From the NCBI GenBank assembly GCA_963712065.1, contig CAVQGM010000002.1, positions 437,222 through 461,221 of the forward strand: a DNA stretch of 24,000 bases, given 5' to 3'. Positions 1 through 6,838 of this stretch are shown here, in pieces. The position numbers were made by a program, and so were the translations under genes. The DNA is from an uncultured Iamiaceae bacterium (GTDB lineage Bacteria > Actinomycetota > Acidimicrobiia > Acidimicrobiales > Acidimicrobilacustridaceae). The first letter of the stretch is position 1. The number at the start of each line of letters is the position of its first letter. Below the pieces are notes generated by a model, which was given only the letters and a program-made list of their open reading frames with translations, made no database searches and had not been told where the DNA came from.

Positions 1-1985
1 GTGCCGTCGGGCGGCAGCGCGCTCACCGGGAGCAGGTCACCCTCGCCGGACAGCATGCGGGCGGTGACCCGGGCCACGAAGTCGGGCACGTCGTCGGGCA
101 CCGGGGGGCGGCGGCCGTGGTCGGCGGTGACGGTGCCCGGCACGGCCACCTCGTGCAGCTCGCCGACGGCCCGGTCGACGGCGAGGTTGTTGCGCTCGAC
201 GACGGCCCGGCCCCGTGAGCCGTACCGGCGCTCGAAGGACCGCTTGATCTCGGTGATGGCCTGCTCCTGGGGGAGCACCCCCGACAGGGCCATGAAGCAC
301 GGCATCATCACCGAGTTGAGCCGCCCGGCCAGGCCCACCTCGCGCGCCACCCGGTAGGCGTCGATGACGAACAGGCGGAGGCCTTTGTCGACGATCTGTC
401 GCTGCACCTCGAAGGGCAGCCGGTCCCACACCTCGTCCGGTCCGTAGGGGCTGTTGAGCAGGAACGTGGCGCCGGGCTCGGCCAGGGCGAGCACGTCGAG
501 GCGCTCGAGCAGGTGGAACTGGTGGCACGCCACGAACCCGGCCTGGTCGATGAGGTAGGTCGAGCGGATCGGCGTGTGCGAGAAGCGCAGGTGCGACACG
601 GTGATCGACCCGGACTTCTTGGAGTCGTAGACGAAGTAGCCCTGGGCCCAGAGGTCGGTGCCGTCGCCGACGATCTCGACGGTCGTCTTGTTGGCGCTCA
701 CGGTGCCGTCGCTGCCGAGCCCGTAGAACACGGCCCGCACGTCGCTGCGGTCGGTGCGGAACGACGGGTCGGCGGCCAGGCTCGTGTGCGACACGTCGTC
801 GACGATGCCGACGGTGAAGCGGCGCTTGGGGGCGTCGGCGTCGAGCTGGTCGAGGGACGCCTTGGCCATGGCCGGCGTGAACTCCTTGGAGGCCAGCCCG
901 TAGCGGCCGCCGAGGACGAGCGGCATCGAGGCCCGGTCGCCGGTCGAGACCGCCTCGGCGAGGGTGGTGATCACGTCGGTGAGCAGCGGCTCGCCGACGG
1001 CGCCGGGCTCCTTGGTGCGGTCGAGCACGGCCACGGCGCGAACGGTCGGGGGCAGGGCGGCGAGGAGGGCCTCGGTGGGGAAGGGCCGGTAGAGGCGGAT
1101 GGTGAGCAGGCCCACCTTCTCGCCGGCGGCGACCAGGGCCTCGACCGCTTCGCCGGCGGCCCCGGCCCCGCTGCCCATGAGCACCAGCACCCGCTCGGCG
1201 TCGGGCGCGCCGGTGTAGTCGACCAGTCCGTAGCGACGTCCGGTGCGGGCCTCGAGCTCGGCGAACACGTCGGCGACGATGTCGGGCACGGCGGCGTGGA
1301 ACGGGGTGGAGGCCTCCCGCGCCTGGAAGAAGACGTCGGGGTTCTGGGCCGAGCCCCGCAGCACGGGCCGGTCGGGGGTGAGGCCGCGGGCCCGGTGGGC
1401 GAGCAGGGCGTCGGTGTCGACGACGGCCCGGAGGTCGTCGTCGTCGAGCAGGGCGACCCGGCCGATCTCGTGGCTGGTGCGGAACCCGTCGAAGGCGTGG
1501 AGGAACGGCACCCGGGCCCGCAGGGTGGCGGCGTGGGCGACGGCGGCGAAGTCGTGGGCCTCCTGCACCGAGCTGGAGACGAGGATGGCGAACCCGGTGG
1601 TGCGGGCGGCCATGACGTCGCTGTGGTCGCCGAAGATCGACAGGGCATGGGTGGCCACCGCCCGGGCGGCGACGTGGATGACCGCCGGGGTGAGCTCGCC
1701 GGCGATCTTGTACATGTTGGGCAGCATCAGCAGCAGGCCCTGCGAGGAGGTGAACGTCGTGCCGAGGGCGCCCTCGAGCACGGCGCCGTGGAGGGTGCCG
1801 GCGGCCCCGGCCTCGCTCTGCATCTCGATGACGTCGGGCACGACGCCCCAGAGGTTCCGCCGCCCCCGGGCCGCCCACTCGTCGGCGTGCTCGCCCATCG
1901 CCGAGGCGGGGGTGATCGGATAGATGGCGATGACCTCGGCGAGGGCGTAGGCGACCCGGGCCGCCGCCTCGTTGCCGTCGATCAT
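1..1985 (-). CDS. nifJ: Pyruvate:ferredoxin (flavodoxin) oxidoreductase, N-terminal ~661 codons (C-terminal part lies beyond the window start)
   Basis: It is absent from the ORF track because it runs off the window edge. Reverse-strand translation from the ATG (reverse complement of 1983-1985) reads MIDGNEAAARVAYALAEVIAIYPITPASAMGEHADEWAARGRRNLWG..EMQSEAGAAGTLHGA..LPNMYKIAGEL..IFGDHSDVMAARTTGF..FDGFRTSHEI..YGLGSDGTVSANK. This is collinear with NifJ-type PFOR domains I, II and III as I recall them. GC3 is near 100% in this frame. The track ORFs 37..1992(-) and 971..1648(-) are off-frame shadows of it. Confidence 0.9.
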   Translation of the reverse strand, partial: MIDGNEAAARVAYALAEVIAIYPITPASAMGEHADEWAARGRRNLWGVVPDVIEMQSEAGAAGTLHGAVLEGALGTTFTSSQGLLLMLPNMYKIAGELTPAVIHVAARAVATHALSIFGDHSDVMAARTTGFAILVSSSVQEAHDFAAVAHAATLRARVPFLHAFDGFRTSHEIGRVALLDDDDLRAVVDTDALLAHRARGLTPDRPVLRGSAQNPDVFFQAREASTPFHAAVPDIVADVFAELEARTGRRYGLVDYTGAPDAERVLVLMGSGAGAAGEAVEALVAAGEKVGLLTIRLYRPFPTEALLAALPPTVRAVAVLDRTKEPGAVGEPLLTDVITTLAEAVSTGDRASMPLVLGGRYGLASKEFTPAMAKASLDQLDADAPKRRFTVGIVDDVSHTSLAADPSFRTDRSDVRAVFYGLGSDGTVSANKTTVEIVGDGTDLWAQGYFVYDSKKSGSITVSHLRFSHTPIRSTYLIDQAGFVACHQFHLLERLDVLALAEPGATFLLNSPYGPDEVWDRLPFEVQRQIVDKGLRLFVIDAYRVAREVGLAGRLNSVMMPCFMALSGVLPQEQAITEIKRSFERRYGSRGRAVVERNNLAVDRAVGELHEVAVPGTVTADHGRRPPVPDDVPDFVARVTARMLSGEGDLLPVSALPPDG

Positions 1986-2099
1986 CGCCCACGTCGGAGC
2001 CCGCCCACCTGGTGCGGTGGCCGTCGGGCGCGGGTCGGTGAGCGTCACGCGTGCATCATGGCGCTGCGCCGGCTCCCCCCGAAGGGACGAATGTCACCT

Positions 2100-3107
2100 T
2101 CACGGGCGGATGAGCACCTTGCACTCCTCGGTGGGGTGCTTGAGGGCGGCGAAGCGCTCGGGCGCCTCGTCGAGGCTCACCTCGTCGGTGACGAGCGGGC
2201 GGGCGTCGATCCGCTCCTGGTCGAGCAGGGCGATCGTCGTGTGCCAGTCGGCGGCGGTGTAGTAGAAGCTGAACCGCACGTCGAGCTCCTTCTGCACCGC
2301 GCCGAGCGGCGTCAGCGCGTCGGGTTGGAAGCAGACGCCGGCCACCACCACGGTGGCGTCCACGGCGGCCACGTCGACGGCGTGCTGGATGAGGCCGGGC
2401 ACGCCGACGCACTCGATCACCACCCGGGGCAGGTTGCCCACCAGGCGGGTGACCGCGCCGGCCACGTCCTCGGTGGTCGGGTCGACGGTGGCGGTGGCCC
2501 CGAGCTGCTCGGCCATGACCCGGCGGTGGGCCACGGGGTCGCTGACCACGATCTCGCCGGCGCCGAGGGCGCGCAGCCACAGGGCGACGGCGAGGCCGAC
2601 GGGGCCGCCACCGAGCACCACGACGTCGTCGCCGGGCTGCAGGCCGGCCCGCTCGACGGTGTGGAGGGCGACGGCCAGCGGCTCGACGAGGGCCCCGAGG
2701 GTGGCGTCGATCGACGGCGGCAGCCGGAAGGCGGTGAACGCCGGCTGGGCGACGTACTCGGCGAAGGCGCCCGGACGCTCGATGCCGACCATCGCCGCCG
2801 TGAGGCACTTGCGGGGGCGGCCGCCGAGGCACGCCGCGCACCGGCCGCAGGTGGCGAGGGGCATGCCGGCGGCGCGGTCGCCGGGGCTCCAGCCCTCGAC
2901 GGCCGGGCCGACGTCGACGACGGTGCCGGTGTACTCGTGGCCGAGGGTCAGCCCGGGGATCGGGAACGCATCGGAGAGGTGGAGGTCGGAGCCGCAGATC
3001 CCGCATGCGTCGACCCGCAGGATCAGCTCGCCCTCCGCGGGGGTGGGGTCGGGCTGTTCGACGACGGCGAGGGGCTGACCGAGATCCTGGAGCACGGCGG
3101 CACGCAT
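2100..3107 (-). CDS. Zinc-dependent alcohol dehydrogenase (MDR superfamily)
   Basis: I trimmed track ORF 2100..3176 to M24 (MRAAVLQD...) because residues 1-23 only translate the intergenic palindrome. Motifs: CGICGSDLH, GHEYTG, structural-zinc Cys cluster CGRCAACLGGRPRKC, and Rossmann VVVLGGGPVG. Confidence 0.85.
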   Translation of the reverse strand: MRAAVLQDLGQPLAVVEQPDPTPAEGELILRVDACGICGSDLHLSDAFPIPGLTLGHEYTGTVVDVGPAVEGWSPGDRAAGMPLATCGRCAACLGGRPRKCLTAAMVGIERPGAFAEYVAQPAFTAFRLPPSIDATLGALVEPLAVALHTVERAGLQPGDDVVVLGGGPVGLAVALWLRALGAGEIVVSDPVAHRRVMAEQLGATATVDPTTEDVAGAVTRLVGNLPRVVIECVGVPGLIQHAVDVAAVDATVVVAGVCFQPDALTPLGAVQKELDVRFSFYYTAADWHTTIALLDQERIDARPLVTDEVSLDEAPERFAALKHPTEECKVLIRP

Positions 3108-3132
3108 GGCGCCATGTTCGCACCCGCCACGG

Positions 3133-3182
3133 GTTCTGGTGTGGGTTCCGGTCGCTGGAGCGACCGGAACCCACACCAGAAC
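3133..3182. repeat. Perfect 23-bp-arm palindrome (copy A of an intergenic palindromic repeat family)
   Basis: GTTCTGGTGTGGGTTCCGGTCGC-tgga-GCGACCGGAACCCACACCAGAAC. It lies between the monooxygenase stop (3240) and the ADH start (3107). It shares its outer arms (GTTCTGGTGTG.G / C.CACACCAGAAC) and the inner GGTCGC / GACCGGA with copy B at 5284-5333. Confidence 0.9.
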
Positions 3183-3239
3183 GGCGGGGGGCGGGGTGGC
3201 GGGGCGATGGGGCGATGGGGTGGGGGCGGGGGCTGGCGG
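3183..3239 (+). repeat. G-run tract (potential G-quadruplex on the + strand) directly abutting palindrome copy A
   Basis: ggcggggggcggggtggcggggcgatggggcgatggggtgggggcgggggctggcgg contains at least 7 runs of G4-G6 with 1-5 nt spacers. A similar tract (gggagtgggggtggggtgggggtgg, 5336-5360) follows copy B. Confidence 0.7.
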
Positions 3240-5204
3240 TCAGCCGACGGGGGACCGCTGCGTGATCACGAAGTCGTCGGGGTCCGGGGCCTTGGTCCAG
3301 TCCCAGTAGTCGACGAGGCGCCACGGGCTGAGGATCCAGATCCGGCCCTCGTCGTTGCGGTACCAGGAGTGCTCGATGGCCGGGCTCGTCCACACGAACG
3401 TCGACAGCTCGGCCTGGAGCCGCTCGACGTAGTCGTCGTGGACGTCCTGGCGAGGCTCCATGGCCGTGTGCTCGCCGGCGAGCAGCAGGTCGAGGCATCC
3501 GGAGATGTACCGCATCTGGCACTCGGAGTGGAAGATGAGGCTGCCGCCGCTGGCGAGGTTCGTGCCCGGCCCGTACATGCAGAACAGGTTGGGGAAGCCC
3601 GGCACGGTGATGCCCAGGTAGGCCGACGGCTCGTCGCCCCACTGCTCGGCCAGCACGACGCCGTCGCGGCCCACGATCTCCATCGGCCACAGGAACCGGT
3701 TGGCCTGGAACCCGGTGGCGTAGACGATGAGGTCGACCTCGTGGCGCTCGCCCGACTCGGTGACGACGGCGTGGGGCTCGATGTGGGCGATGCCCTCGCG
3801 CACCAGGTCGACGTCGTCGCGGGTGAGGGTGCGCAGCCAGCTGCCGTTGTCCTGCAGGGTGCGCTTGCCGGTGGCGGGGTAGTCGGGGATGACCTTGGCC
3901 AGCAGCTCGGGGTCGTCGCCCACCTGGCTGGTGATCCAGTCGGTGAACATCTGCCGGGCGAAGTCGTTGGTGGCGCTGACCGAACGCTCCTGGTCGGGCC
4001 AGTCCGGGTCGATGCGGGCGGCCTCGATCCCGCCGTCGCAACCGGGCCAGAAGAGGAGGAACCGGTACCACCGCCCGTAGAAGGGGAGGTGGCGGATCGC
4101 CCACCCGACGCCCGGGCCGACGGCATCGTGGTAGCTCGGGTTGGGGAACATCCACTGGGCCGTCCGCTGGAAGACCGTGAGGTGGGCGACGTCGTCGGCG
4201 ATCGCCGGCGCGATCTGGAAGCCGCTGGCGCCGGCGCCGATGAGCGCCACCCGCTTGCCGCGGTGGTCGACGGCGTGGTCCCAGCGGGCCGAGTGGAACG
4301 ACGGGCCGGCGAAGGTGTCCATGCCCGGGATGTCGGGGAGGTGCGGGCGGTTCAGCTGCCCGACCGCCGAGATGACGGCCCGGGCCTCGAGCACCTCGTC
4401 GCGCGAGTCGTCGTCGGCGTCGGCCGGTCGCACGGTGACCTGCCAGGTGGCGGTGTCGTCGTCCCAGCGGGCGGCGACCACCTCGGTCTCCCAGCGCACC
4501 GACGGGCGGAGGCCGTGGCGGTCCATGACCTCGGAGAAGTAGGCCTGCAGCTCGGGCTGGCGGGCGAAGAACTCGGTCCAGTGGTCGCTCGGCTCGAACG
4601 AGTAGCAGTAGAAGTGGTTGCCCACGTCGACCCGGCAGCCCGGGTAGGAGTTCTCGTACCAGGTGCCGCCGGTGTCGGGGTTCTTCTCGATGATGGTGAA
4701 CGGGATGCCGGCCTCCTGCAGGCGGATGCCGGCCAGCAGGCCCGACTGGCCGCAGCCGATCACGACCACGGGGAAGGCGGCTCGGGCGTCGGGATCCGCG
4801 TGCACCTCGACGCGACGGGCGTCGGTGCCGTCGAGCTCCATCTCCTCGAGCACCATCGGGACGTACTCCTCGGGCACGTCGGCGCACACGAGCCAGCTCA
4901 TCATCTCGCGGATCAGCTCGGGTCCCGGCTGGTCGGGGAGCACGCACCCGCCGTCGCGGTAGGCGGTGATCACGTCCAGGGCGACGCGCCTGGCCTCGGC
5001 CTTCTCCTCGTCGGAGAGGTAGCCCTGCACCTCGTTGAGGAACAGCCCGTGGGGACGCAGCGGGCCCCGGATGAAGGACGGGTCGCCGGTCATGTGCACG
5101 AGCGACAGCAGCAGGGTCGGGATGCTGACGTCCTCGAGGGCGGCGGCGATGGTCGCGTCGTCGTCGGTGATCGGCTGGCCGGAGTGCGGGTTGCGTTCGG
5201 TCAC
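3240..5204 (-). CDS. Type I Baeyer-Villiger monooxygenase with N-terminal extension (4-hydroxyacetophenone monooxygenase-like, FAD/NADPH-dependent)
   Basis: This is track ORF 3240..5279. It has the BVMO fingerprint FAGPSFHSARW (FxGxxxHxxxW), two dinucleotide folds (VVVIGCGQSGLLAG and VALIGAGASGFQIA), and GGTWYENSYPGCRVD. The ~150-aa N-terminal extension with DDDATIAAALEDVSIPTLLLSLVHMTGD resembles HAPMO as I recall it. I prefer the GTG at 5204 (V26, VTERNPH...). The ATG at 5279 would add a (GT)n peptide encoded by a hexamer repeat and has no SD. Confidence 0.85.
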   Translation of the reverse strand: MTERNPHSGQPITDDDATIAAALEDVSIPTLLLSLVHMTGDPSFIRGPLRPHGLFLNEVQGYLSDEEKAEARRVALDVITAYRDGGCVLPDQPGPELIREMMSWLVCADVPEEYVPMVLEEMELDGTDARRVEVHADPDARAAFPVVVIGCGQSGLLAGIRLQEAGIPFTIIEKNPDTGGTWYENSYPGCRVDVGNHFYCYSFEPSDHWTEFFARQPELQAYFSEVMDRHGLRPSVRWETEVVAARWDDDTATWQVTVRPADADDDSRDEVLEARAVISAVGQLNRPHLPDIPGMDTFAGPSFHSARWDHAVDHRGKRVALIGAGASGFQIAPAIADDVAHLTVFQRTAQWMFPNPSYHDAVGPGVGWAIRHLPFYGRWYRFLLFWPGCDGGIEAARIDPDWPDQERSVSATNDFARQMFTDWITSQVGDDPELLAKVIPDYPATGKRTLQDNGSWLRTLTRDDVDLVREGIAHIEPHAVVTESGERHEVDLIVYATGFQANRFLWPMEIVGRDGVVLAEQWGDEPSAYLGITVPGFPNLFCMYGPGTNLASGGSLIFHSECQMRYISGCLDLLLAGEHTAMEPRQDVHDDYVERLQAELSTFVWTSPAIEHSWYRNDEGRIWILSPWRLVDYWDWTKAPDPDDFVITQRSPVG

Positions 5205-5235
5205 GGACCGATCATGCCGCGCTCCTGCCTCGATC

Positions 5236-5283
5236 GTGAGCGTGCCCGTGCCCGCGCCCGTGCCCGTGCTCGTACCCATGCTC
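5236..5283. repeat. Degenerate hexanucleotide tandem repeat (GTGCCC)n, about 8 units
   Basis: gtgagc gtgccc gtgccc gcgccc gtgccc gtgctc gtaccc atgctc. It sits between the likely monooxygenase start and palindrome copy B. Translated on the minus strand it gives GTSTGTGAGTGT. Confidence 0.8.
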
Positions 5284-5333
5284 GTTCTGGTGTGAGAAGT
5301 GGTCGCCCGACCGACCGGATCTCACACCAGAAC
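5284..5333. repeat. Palindromic repeat copy B (14-bp perfect outer arms, imperfect inner stem)
   Basis: GTTCTGGTGTGAGA-agtggtcgcccgaccgaccgga-TCTCACACCAGAAC. It has the same termini and the same inner GGTCGC..GACCGGA as copy A. It is followed by a G-run tract that abuts the tRNA-Gly 3' end. Confidence 0.85.
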
Positions 5334-5357
5334 CAGGGAGTGGGGGTGGGGTGGGGG

Positions 5358-5432
5358 TGGAGCGGGTGACGGGAATCGAACCCGCATCACCAGCTTGGAA
5401 GGCTGGGGCTCTAGCCATTGAGCTACACCCGC
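5358..5432 (-). tRNA. tRNA-Gly (anticodon UCC), CCA encoded
   Basis: The reverse complement is GCGGGTGTAGCTCAATGGCTAGAGCCCCAGCCTTCCAAGCTGGTGATGCGGGTTCGATTCCCGTCACCCGCTCCA. It folds as a cloverleaf: 7-bp acceptor GCGGGTG/CACCCGC, anticodon stem CCAGC/GCTGG with loop CTTCCAA, and T-arm GCGGG-TTCGATT-CCCGT. Confidence 0.93.
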
Positions 5433-5505
5433 GAGGGATCCTCACGGTAGGCGATCGTGCGGGCGGGGATCGACCCGCGGGGCCCTCGGGCGACCCCGTC
5501 GTGGG

Positions 5506-5895
5506 TCAGGTCGTCTGCAGGATGAGCACGCTGCAGGGAGCCTTGTGGGCGATCGAGTTGGGCACGCTGCCGAGCACCCGGCCCTTGCCCTTCATGCCCT
5601 TGTTGCCGACGATGATCAGGTCGGCGTCGACCGCCTCGGCGACCTCGAGGATGCCGTCGACCGGGTCGCCCGACAGCACGTGGGAATGGGTCTTGACCGA
5701 GGTCTCGGCACCCAGCGAGTCGAGCCACGCCTCGCCGTGGCGGAGTGCCTCGGCCTCGGTGAGGTTCCCCTCGGCCTCGGGGTGCAGGACGAGGTAGACC
5801 TCGGCCCCGAACGGCGCCGCCAGCTCGAAAGCGCTGTGGGCGATGCTCCGTCCTCGCTCGATCTTCACCACTCCGACGACGATCCGCTCGAACAT
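5506..5895 (-). CDS. Universal stress protein (UspA family)
   Basis: 129 aa. MFERIVVGV..., with the C-terminal ATP-binding-type motif DADLIIVGNKGMKGKGRVLGSVPNSIAHKAPCSVLI. A GGGAGG SD lies about 10 nt upstream. It is a paralogue of 22135..22533. Confidence 0.9.
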   Translation of the reverse strand: MFERIVVGVVKIERGRSIAHSAFELAAPFGAEVYLVLHPEAEGNLTEAEALRHGEAWLDSLGAETSVKTHSHVLSGDPVDGILEVAEAVDADLIIVGNKGMKGKGRVLGSVPNSIAHKAPCSVLILQTT

Positions 5896-6198
5896 CCCCT
5901 CGCCACCTCCCGTTCGCCCTCCGGCCCCGCCACCATAGGCGTCCGGCCGCGGGAGCTCCCGTCCAGCGGCAACGGCGGCTTCGCCACCTCGTGGGGACCG
6001 GGTGCGGCCCGCGACCTCGTCGTGCGGGGACGGGGCGGTGTGCCCCAGGACGCCGAGGCGGTCGTGCTCAACTTCGTGGCCGACGTCGTGGGCTGGTACG
6101 GCTGAGCGTCCCGCGCCGTGCCGGGCTCGAGCATCAAATAGGAATAAATCGCACTAAACGCGGTTGTCGCCGGTGTCGCCGATGAAAGGACGACCGCC

Positions 6199-6408
6199 AT
6201 GAACCCCTCGCTCCGAGCGAAGCTGCCCTTCCTGATCGCGGGCTTCGCCTCGTTCCTCTTCTCCGTCTACCTGTACTTCGTACAGGGGGCCACGACCGCC
6301 GGGATCTTCGTGGGCCTCTGGGTGCCCTCCATCCACTCCCTCGGAACCCTCCTGCTCACCCCCGTCGACGGTGTGCGTCGCGATGCCCGGATGGACGTGA
6401 ACCGATGA
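6199..6408 (+). CDS. Small integral membrane protein (69 aa, two predicted TM helices), function unknown
   Basis: GC3 is high in this frame. An AAGGA SD precedes the ATG, and a rare AT-rich island (atcaaataggaataaatcgcactaaa, ~6133-6158) lies upstream. The hydrophobic segments are LPFLIAGFASFLFSVYLYFV and GIFVGLWVPSIHSLGTLLL. Confidence 0.65.
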   Translation: MNPSLRAKLPFLIAGFASFLFSVYLYFVQGATTAGIFVGLWVPSIHSLGTLLLTPVDGVRRDARMDVNR

Positions 6409-6584
6409 GCCAGACCGTGGTCTTCATCGTGGGCGCGATCGTGTTCGCCATCACCGTCTACGGCGCCATCATGGCCGGTGGCCTCGCGTTGACCCGACGC
6501 GAGCTCGAAGGCGACGAGGAGCTCCGGAGGCGTGTGGATCCGGGCCACGACGAGCCCACCGTGCCCTTCAAGGCCAAGTACTGA
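6405..6584 (+). CDS. Small membrane protein (59 aa, one TM helix plus charged tail), function unknown
   Basis: It is not in the track (under 60 aa). ATGA start/stop overlap with the preceding ORF suggests translational coupling. The product is MSQTVVFIVGAIVFAITVYGAIMAGGLALTRRELEGDEELRRRVDPGHDEPTVPFKAKY, with high GC3. Confidence 0.6.
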   Translation: MSQTVVFIVGAIVFAITVYGAIMAGGLALTRRELEGDEELRRRVDPGHDEPTVPFKAKY

Positions 6585-6614
6585 CCGCCCCAAGGGCGGT
6601 GAGGACGACCGGCG

Positions 6615-6830
6615 ATGCCCGAGGGGCACACCGTCCACCGACTGGCACGTTCGGCTCGTACGCTGACCGGAGCGCAACTGGCGTCGCTGTGGTCGGACGC
6701 CGCGGCCCTCATGCGCCTCGGCGAGCGACTCGGCGGATCGTGACGGTCGACGGGCCGACGCGTGCCGTCGCGAACGGCTCGAGGTGTGAGGTGGCGGCGA
6801 GGCCTTTGGACTCACGCCGTGCCCGGCGAG
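6615..6830 (+). pseudogene. Relic of an Fpg/Nei-family DNA glycosylase (endonuclease VIII-like) with a large internal deletion and frameshifts
   Basis: A 42-codon ORF at 6615-6743 starts MPEGHTVHRLAR, the canonical catalytic N-terminus of actinobacterial Nei. It then jumps to ..LWSDAAALMRLGERLGG, a C-terminal-domain-like W.D...LM..G.R.G. Downstream in other frames are RIVTVDGP and ACRRERLEV*GGGEAFGLTPCPA, which resembles a degraded zinc finger C.RCG......GR..FWCP.CQ. Only about 220 nt remain of an expected ~800 nt. Confidence 0.55.
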
Positions 6831-6838
6831 ACCTCGGA

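Noticed and set aside
2056-4947. A 963-aa minus-strand ORF, plus other very long R/P/G-rich ORFs: 37..1992(-), 6860..9244(+), 7656..8717(-), 12747..14672(-), 14687..16834(-), 16377..17999(-), 19063..20352(-), 19439..20770(-), 22311..23636(-), 22646..23764(+).
   Set aside because: All are off-frame or antisense to genes with clear family motifs. Their translations are low-complexity Arg/Pro/Gly strings typical of wrong-frame reading of GC-rich DNA.
513-5369. A 1618-aa ORF on the + strand, the longest in the track.
   Set aside because: It is antisense to three well-supported minus-strand genes (PFOR, ADH, BVMO). Its composition is G/R/A/V/D/E-dominated with no motifs, and its GC3 periodicity belongs to the opposite strand. 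This is a classic high-GC shadow ORF.
5334-5432. tRNA-Gly, and tRNA-Pro at 18012-18089, as attachment sites of an integrated prophage or genomic island.
   Set aside because: There is no integrase, no excisionase as a stand-alone gene, no phage or conjugation genes, and no duplicated tRNA 3' segment that I could find. Similarity between 3225-3250 and the tRNA-Gly 3' end is too weak to call. The idea is kept only as a low-weight hypothesis in the findings.
5990-6105. The tail of + strand ORF 5545..6105 (..DAEAVVLNFVADVVGWYG*), which looks slightly protein-like and might be another gene relic.
   Set aside because: It is only ~18 residues of plausible sequence with no diagnostic motif. That is insufficient to distinguish it from chance in GC-rich DNA.
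6585-6599. The hairpin CCGCCC-caa-GGGCGG just after the second small ORF, as an intrinsic terminator.
   Set aside because: The stem is only 6 bp and no U-tract follows. It may still act as a terminator in a high-GC organism, but it cannot be supported from sequence alone.
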